DNA from: Candidatus Campbellbacteria bacterium
GTDB lineage: Bacteria > Patescibacteriota > Minisyncoccia > Phycocordibacterales > JAXHMZ01
Direction: 5' to 3'
NCBI GenBank assembly: GCA_034521025.1
Contig: JAXHMZ010000005.1
Location: 126,796 to 190,795 of the forward strand
DNA length: 64,000 nt
The notes under the pieces are model-generated. The model did no database searches. It was not told the origin of the DNA and saw nothing but the letters and a program-made list of their open reading frames with translations. This document shows, piece by piece, positions 60,527 to 64,000 of this stretch (position 1 is the first letter of the stretch; every line of letters starts with the position of its first letter). The position numbers and the translations under genes were made by a program.

Positions 60527-61009
60527 ATGTTTGGCGTACGTTTAAAGATCGTTCCGCTTTTTCTCATCGTCCTTTTTACTCTGGTTACTCTGGCAGCTTG
60601 CGCTCCCGCGACGGATGCGTTGCCCGAGAGTAGCCCGGAGATTCTCTCTCTTGATGCCAAGAGGATAGACGGCGGAGAGAGAATGCGCTACGAATGGGAA
60701 GTCGATCCGAATGGCTCTACCGCGGATACGTGGCTTGGGGTTTGGACGGGCGACCCACAGCGCCCGGAAATCCCGCAAGGGGAAACGTGGCCGTTTTCTC
60801 TTGATGAATGTGACAATGAAGATAGTGTAACTTGTCACAGCGACTCGCGGGTGACTTTTGCATTTATTCTCGATGTCACTACGGGTGAGGAGGAATCCGG
60901 CACGACTTACTACCAAGTGTACGTCGGTAATTTCGGCCCTCCGAACGATTTTTCTACCCCAAGAGAGGTGGAAGTGAGTAGCGACATTCGCTCTCACGCG
61001 TACCCGTAA
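60527..61009 (+). CDS. Lipoprotein paralogous at its N-terminus and leader to the lectin-like array gene.
   Basis: MFGVRLKIVPLFLIVLFTLVTLAAC lipobox. Upstream leader homologous to 54683..54785. Confidence 0.5.
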   Translation: MFGVRLKIVPLFLIVLFTLVTLAACAPATDALPESSPEILSLDAKRIDGGERMRYEWEVDPNGSTADTWLGVWTGDPQRPEIPQGETWPFSLDECDNEDSVTCHSDSRVTFAFILDVTTGEEESGTTYYQVYVGNFGPPNDFSTPREVEVSSDIRSHAYP

Positions 61010-61158
61010 GGTTCAACTGACAGTAAACATAAGGCGGACACTCGATGTCCGCCTTAACTTATTTTCATAAATTTATATAACATTGATTTTTGATAAAATG
61101 TTGAGCTGTGGAAAACTTTTCGTCTGGTATTTGTATATATGCCATATAATTAATACCA

Positions 61159-61686
61159 ATGGACACTAAAAGCGTTCTCTATATACTATTGGTCGTGCTT
61201 GTCGGATTAGCTCTGATATTTGTAGTGTCGATTTTTGACGGGGAAGAAAGTTCTACGGTTGATGACAAAGGAAGCGAAGAAGAATCAGAAGCTCCGGCGG
61301 AGCAAACCTCAACACAAGATGGTTGGACTCACACCGCCACCGTCAACAACATGAATATCACCTACTACGTCGTCGATGAAGTAGACAGCGAGGAGGGATA
61401 TACGAACGAATACGATCATGAGGCAGAGATGTGCCTCATTCGTCTTTCGGAGGACTACTTGGAAGGGACACCACCTGCAGTTTTTGGTATCCTAGGCTCT
61501 CTCGCACGTTGTTACGGTCAGGCAGAGCTCGGATTTCCAACGGGTGACTTTGTCGCGGATACGAATTACATCAACCGCTTCATCCGTGAATACATCGATC
61601 GGTGCGACAGACAACTCGAACCTCTTGGTTTTCCGGTGAATGACGGACAATGCGAGGATATGCCTCGATTTGAAGAGGAGTTGTAG
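61159..61686 (+). CDS. Membrane-anchored hypothetical protein.
   Basis: N-terminal TM helix. Terminator hairpin at about 61697-61735. Confidence 0.4.
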   Translation: MDTKSVLYILLVVLVGLALIFVVSIFDGEESSTVDDKGSEEESEAPAEQTSTQDGWTHTATVNNMNITYYVVDEVDSEEGYTNEYDHEAEMCLIRLSEDYLEGTPPAVFGILGSLARCYGQAELGFPTGDFVADTNYINRFIREYIDRCDRQLEPLGFPVNDGQCEDMPRFEEEL

Positions 61687-61807
61687 GTTGGAGTACTGCC
61701 GAAGCCCCGTTTTTATGGGGCTTCTTTATATTTGTGGTTATCCCCAATACAAAATGCAAGATGTTCTTACGTCTGTATAATACGGATATATTAAGTTCAG
61801 TTTTGTT

Positions 61808-62971
61808 ATGACATCTCGATATCTCTTTCAATCTCTCTTGGTTTTATCAGCAGCGGTGCTTGTTTCTTTGTTTATACCGACACAGGTATACGCCCAAGGA
61901 GGAAGTGTTGGCGTGTACAAATGTTTTGGAGGGGCGTGTCAAATGGTTTCTTGTGCTACAGGTAGTTGCGTAGACCAGTGTAGTTCTTATAAAGACTGTC
62001 AAGAGCCCGAGCCCGAGCCTGATGACGATGAGGAAACACATAGAATCAGGATAATAGTAAGCGGAGAGGGGTCAGGAACGGTTAGGGGTAATTATGGGAT
62101 CAACTGTAGCTCCGACTGTCGCTATAGTAATAGAACTTCATCTAGTTCCACTACCTGGTCTCCGAGAGCAACTGCTGATTTCTGACCTCGGAATTCGTGG
62201 AATGGAAAAGCGGCCCCGTTTGATAGAGATGGAAGATATGTTTGCGGAACGAATATAGAGTGCGAGGTCGAAGGGAGAACCTCTACTGTTACTTTAGAAG
62301 CAGAGTTTGACCTTGTGCCGGAGCCCGATCCTGAACCAGAGCCGGAGCCGGATCCGGATCCTGAACCCGATCCCGAGCCTGAACCAGAGCCTGACCCCGA
62401 ACCTGAGCCAGAGCCGGTTGAAACAATTCTTAATGTACGTAGCAGGATCAACAATATCTCGGCAAACGCGGACGTTACATTTTGGCGAGAAGAGTTTTCC
62501 GGATGGAACTCCTGCACCATATCTGGTTATGTGTTTCCCTATTGTGAGCCGGAGTACACCTGGACCGAGTACTCTACAGCCCAAACACCCCATCAAATTA
62601 AAACTAGCAGTAACATTGAGCGATATATAGAAGCCGAAGGAGAGCACAGCGGAGCTAACTTTTCCCGCTGGAATGACTGCGACAATAATTCATATCCAAT
62701 AAACGGCGCTTCCAATGACGTTTGCTATACGTATGTCTCCGCCGATGGAACACAAACTGTTACTGCTAGGTATGAGGATAATGCCTCAGATTTAACTCTG
62801 GAAAAAAATATTTCCTCAAAAACAACCTTCTTCGGCAAGGGGGGCGTGGTAACAAATGAGACCGGCCAAAACGGTGGTATACAACTTACTTGCGACAATG
62901 ATAGTAGTAGTTGTAGAACCGCTACTGATAGTTTCACACAGTCTGAAGTCGGAGTAGTGGCTACCCCCTGA
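61808..62971 (+). CDS. Secreted Cys-rich protein with a (PE/PD)n linker, read as one frame containing a single in-frame TGA at 62183..62185.
   Basis: ORFs 61808..62185 and 62315..62971 are in the same frame, separated only by TGA. The C-terminal domain is paralogous to 58577..59122 (...[14 protein letters not shown].. versus ..ERYIEAEGEHSGANF..). Confidence 0.45.
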
Positions 62972-63032
62972 CTCGAACACATCCTCCGTCTTTCATAGGT
63001 GGCTGGTACCCTGATTCCGGATTATAGCTGCT

Positions 63033-63500
63033 ATGGACAGAAGGAATACAGCGTTGTCCCAAACCTGCAATGTGCCAATGAGTCAATCTTCCGAGAGCCT
63101 GGGTGCTCGGTTTAGGAACTTTAGAACTTTGGCCGGCGAGGCGGAGCAAGTGCTGGGCTCTAGTGCTAGATTACACGGGGAAGTGCAGGTATATAACTCC
63201 ACCTATGATTCTCCTATAGAGCTATCATTTAGACTTTGGGATTCTGAAAATGTCCCGGCTGAATGTGATGCGCCGGGAGGAATAGATATCTCTGTGGAAG
63301 AAAGGACATTTTCCAATAATGGAACTTATGAGTTTTCTACTATCATAGGAGCCGAGGGAGAGCACGATGTTGATTTGGAGCAAAATACCGAATATGTTTA
63401 TTGTGCGATCGGCGAACAGGATAACGGAACACAGGTTACGAAATACAGTGACTTAAGTGGACTTCAGACTTTGATAAGACCAAACTTTCAAGAGTTTTAG
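63033..63500 (+). CDS. Paralog of the C-terminal domain family (AEGEH motif).
   Basis: ...FSTIIGAEGEHDVDLEQNTEYVYCAIGEQDNGT.... Confidence 0.35.
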   Translation: MDRRNTALSQTCNVPMSQSSESLGARFRNFRTLAGEAEQVLGSSARLHGEVQVYNSTYDSPIELSFRLWDSENVPAECDAPGGIDISVEERTFSNNGTYEFSTIIGAEGEHDVDLEQNTEYVYCAIGEQDNGTQVTKYSDLSGLQTLIRPNFQEF

Positions 63501-63702
63501 ATTGTTACACAGATGTTCAATTCTTCGATCAGTAAATAGTGGCAATGCCAATGTATATTTGACATAACCACTAGAGACCTTTACATCATCCATTTTTAAT
63601 GCTAAAGCTTTAAATAGAACGACGTTTTTGAAAGGAGGTTCGACAAAACATGCAATAGCTCTTACATAAACTACGTCTCTTGCCGTCTCGAAAGGGGACA
63701 AA

Positions 63703-64000
63703 ATGTACAAAATCCTTGGGATCTCAATGTTCGCTTTAGCGATGGTCGCCCTTGTGGCGTGCTCTCCGTCAACTACCACTCCCGATTCCTCGGTGCCCAC
63801 CGAATGGACAGCGGAAGTCAACGACATTCCGATCAGGTACGTAATACAGCGCAGTGTTACGTTCAGGGACGTCGAAATTGACGTGTGGAGTGAGTGGACT
63901 AATGGCGAGTGTCGCATGGAAATCCGTACTGCATACGCTCGTGATATGGATTCAGAGGGACTTGCCCAGCTCGTAGCAGGCTGTTACGACCTGCGCGAAC
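63703..64000 (+). CDS. Lipoprotein, truncated at the window end.
   Basis: RBS aaagggga-N5-ATG. MYKILGISMFALAMVALVACS lipobox. The ORF is open to the end of the window. Confidence 0.45.
   Translation, partial: MYKILGISMFALAMVALVACSPSTTTPDSSVPTEWTAEVNDIPIRYVIQRSVTFRDVEIDVWSEWTNGECRMEIRTAYARDMDSEGLAQLVAGCYDLRE

Noticed and set aside
5083-62185. Genome-wide UGA recoding (code 4/25) as the explanation for the split genes.
   Set aside because: The tyrS, PBP, VirB4 and xerD splits are frameshifts, not in-frame TGA codons. ctpA and other conserved genes terminate at TGA at their expected C-termini. Only the 61808/62315 case involves an in-frame TGA, and it is reported separately.
58681-62410. Short tandem DNA repeats (CCAGAACCGGAGCCCGAGCCGGAA units) considered as a non-coding satellite or CRISPR-like element.
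   Set aside because: They lie in-frame within ORFs and encode (PE)n/(PD)n linkers, so they are coding microsatellite-type repeats.
63453-63917. ORF 63453..63917 on the - strand (154 aa).
   Set aside because: It overlaps the well-supported + strand lipoprotein gene (RBS plus lipobox) and the end of the paralog at 63033..63500. It is a probable shadow ORF.

Overview
The window is the chromosomal replication-origin neighbourhood of a small-genome, low-GC bacterium. Core layout: rpmH-rnpA-yidC-jag on the + strand, diverging from dnaA-dnaN on the - strand, with DnaA-box clusters on both sides of dnaA. Several housekeeping proteins are short-form (176-aa YebC, trigger factor without a PPIase domain, 260-aa YidC). 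Together with abundant secreted, Cys-rich and repeat proteins and a pilus/T4SS-like cluster, this fits a Patescibacteria/CPR-like epibiont. That taxonomic call is an inference from gene content.

Recognisable housekeeping genes: yebC-ruvC, tyrS, a class-A PBP, DciA-like, uvrD/pcrA, ksgA, lnt, comM/yifB, rpsO, xerD-like, ctpA (S41), xth, cca, pyrF, mscS, hup, rny, clpP, tig, ppa, nusA. There are four tRNA genes: Arg-TCG, Gly-GCC, Pro-TGG, Gly-TCC.

Unusual content:
- 11.3-24.2 kb, - strand: a type-IV-secretion/pilus-like cluster (VirB4 in pieces, VirB3-, VirB6- and VirB2-like genes, and a VirB2-like domain fused to an M23 peptidase).
- Every tRNA gene is followed by a direct repeat of its own T-loop-to-3'-end. 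Three of the four loci also carry a conserved ~70-nt module, which looks like attL/attR relics of miniature integrative elements.
- Four to five parS-type palindromes (TGTTTCACGTGAAACA).
- Iteron-like TAAAGGACA arrays, two of them next to isolated perfect DnaA boxes.
- A four-unit tandem array of a lectin-like secreted-protein gene in which only one copy is intact, with a conserved hairpin-bearing leader found at two loci.
- A PE/PD-repeat Cys-rich secreted-protein family, one member carrying an in-frame TGA.
- Many conserved genes are split by single frameshifts (tyrS, PBP1A, virB4, xerD, yraN and others). This points either to indel errors in the assembly or to ongoing gene decay.
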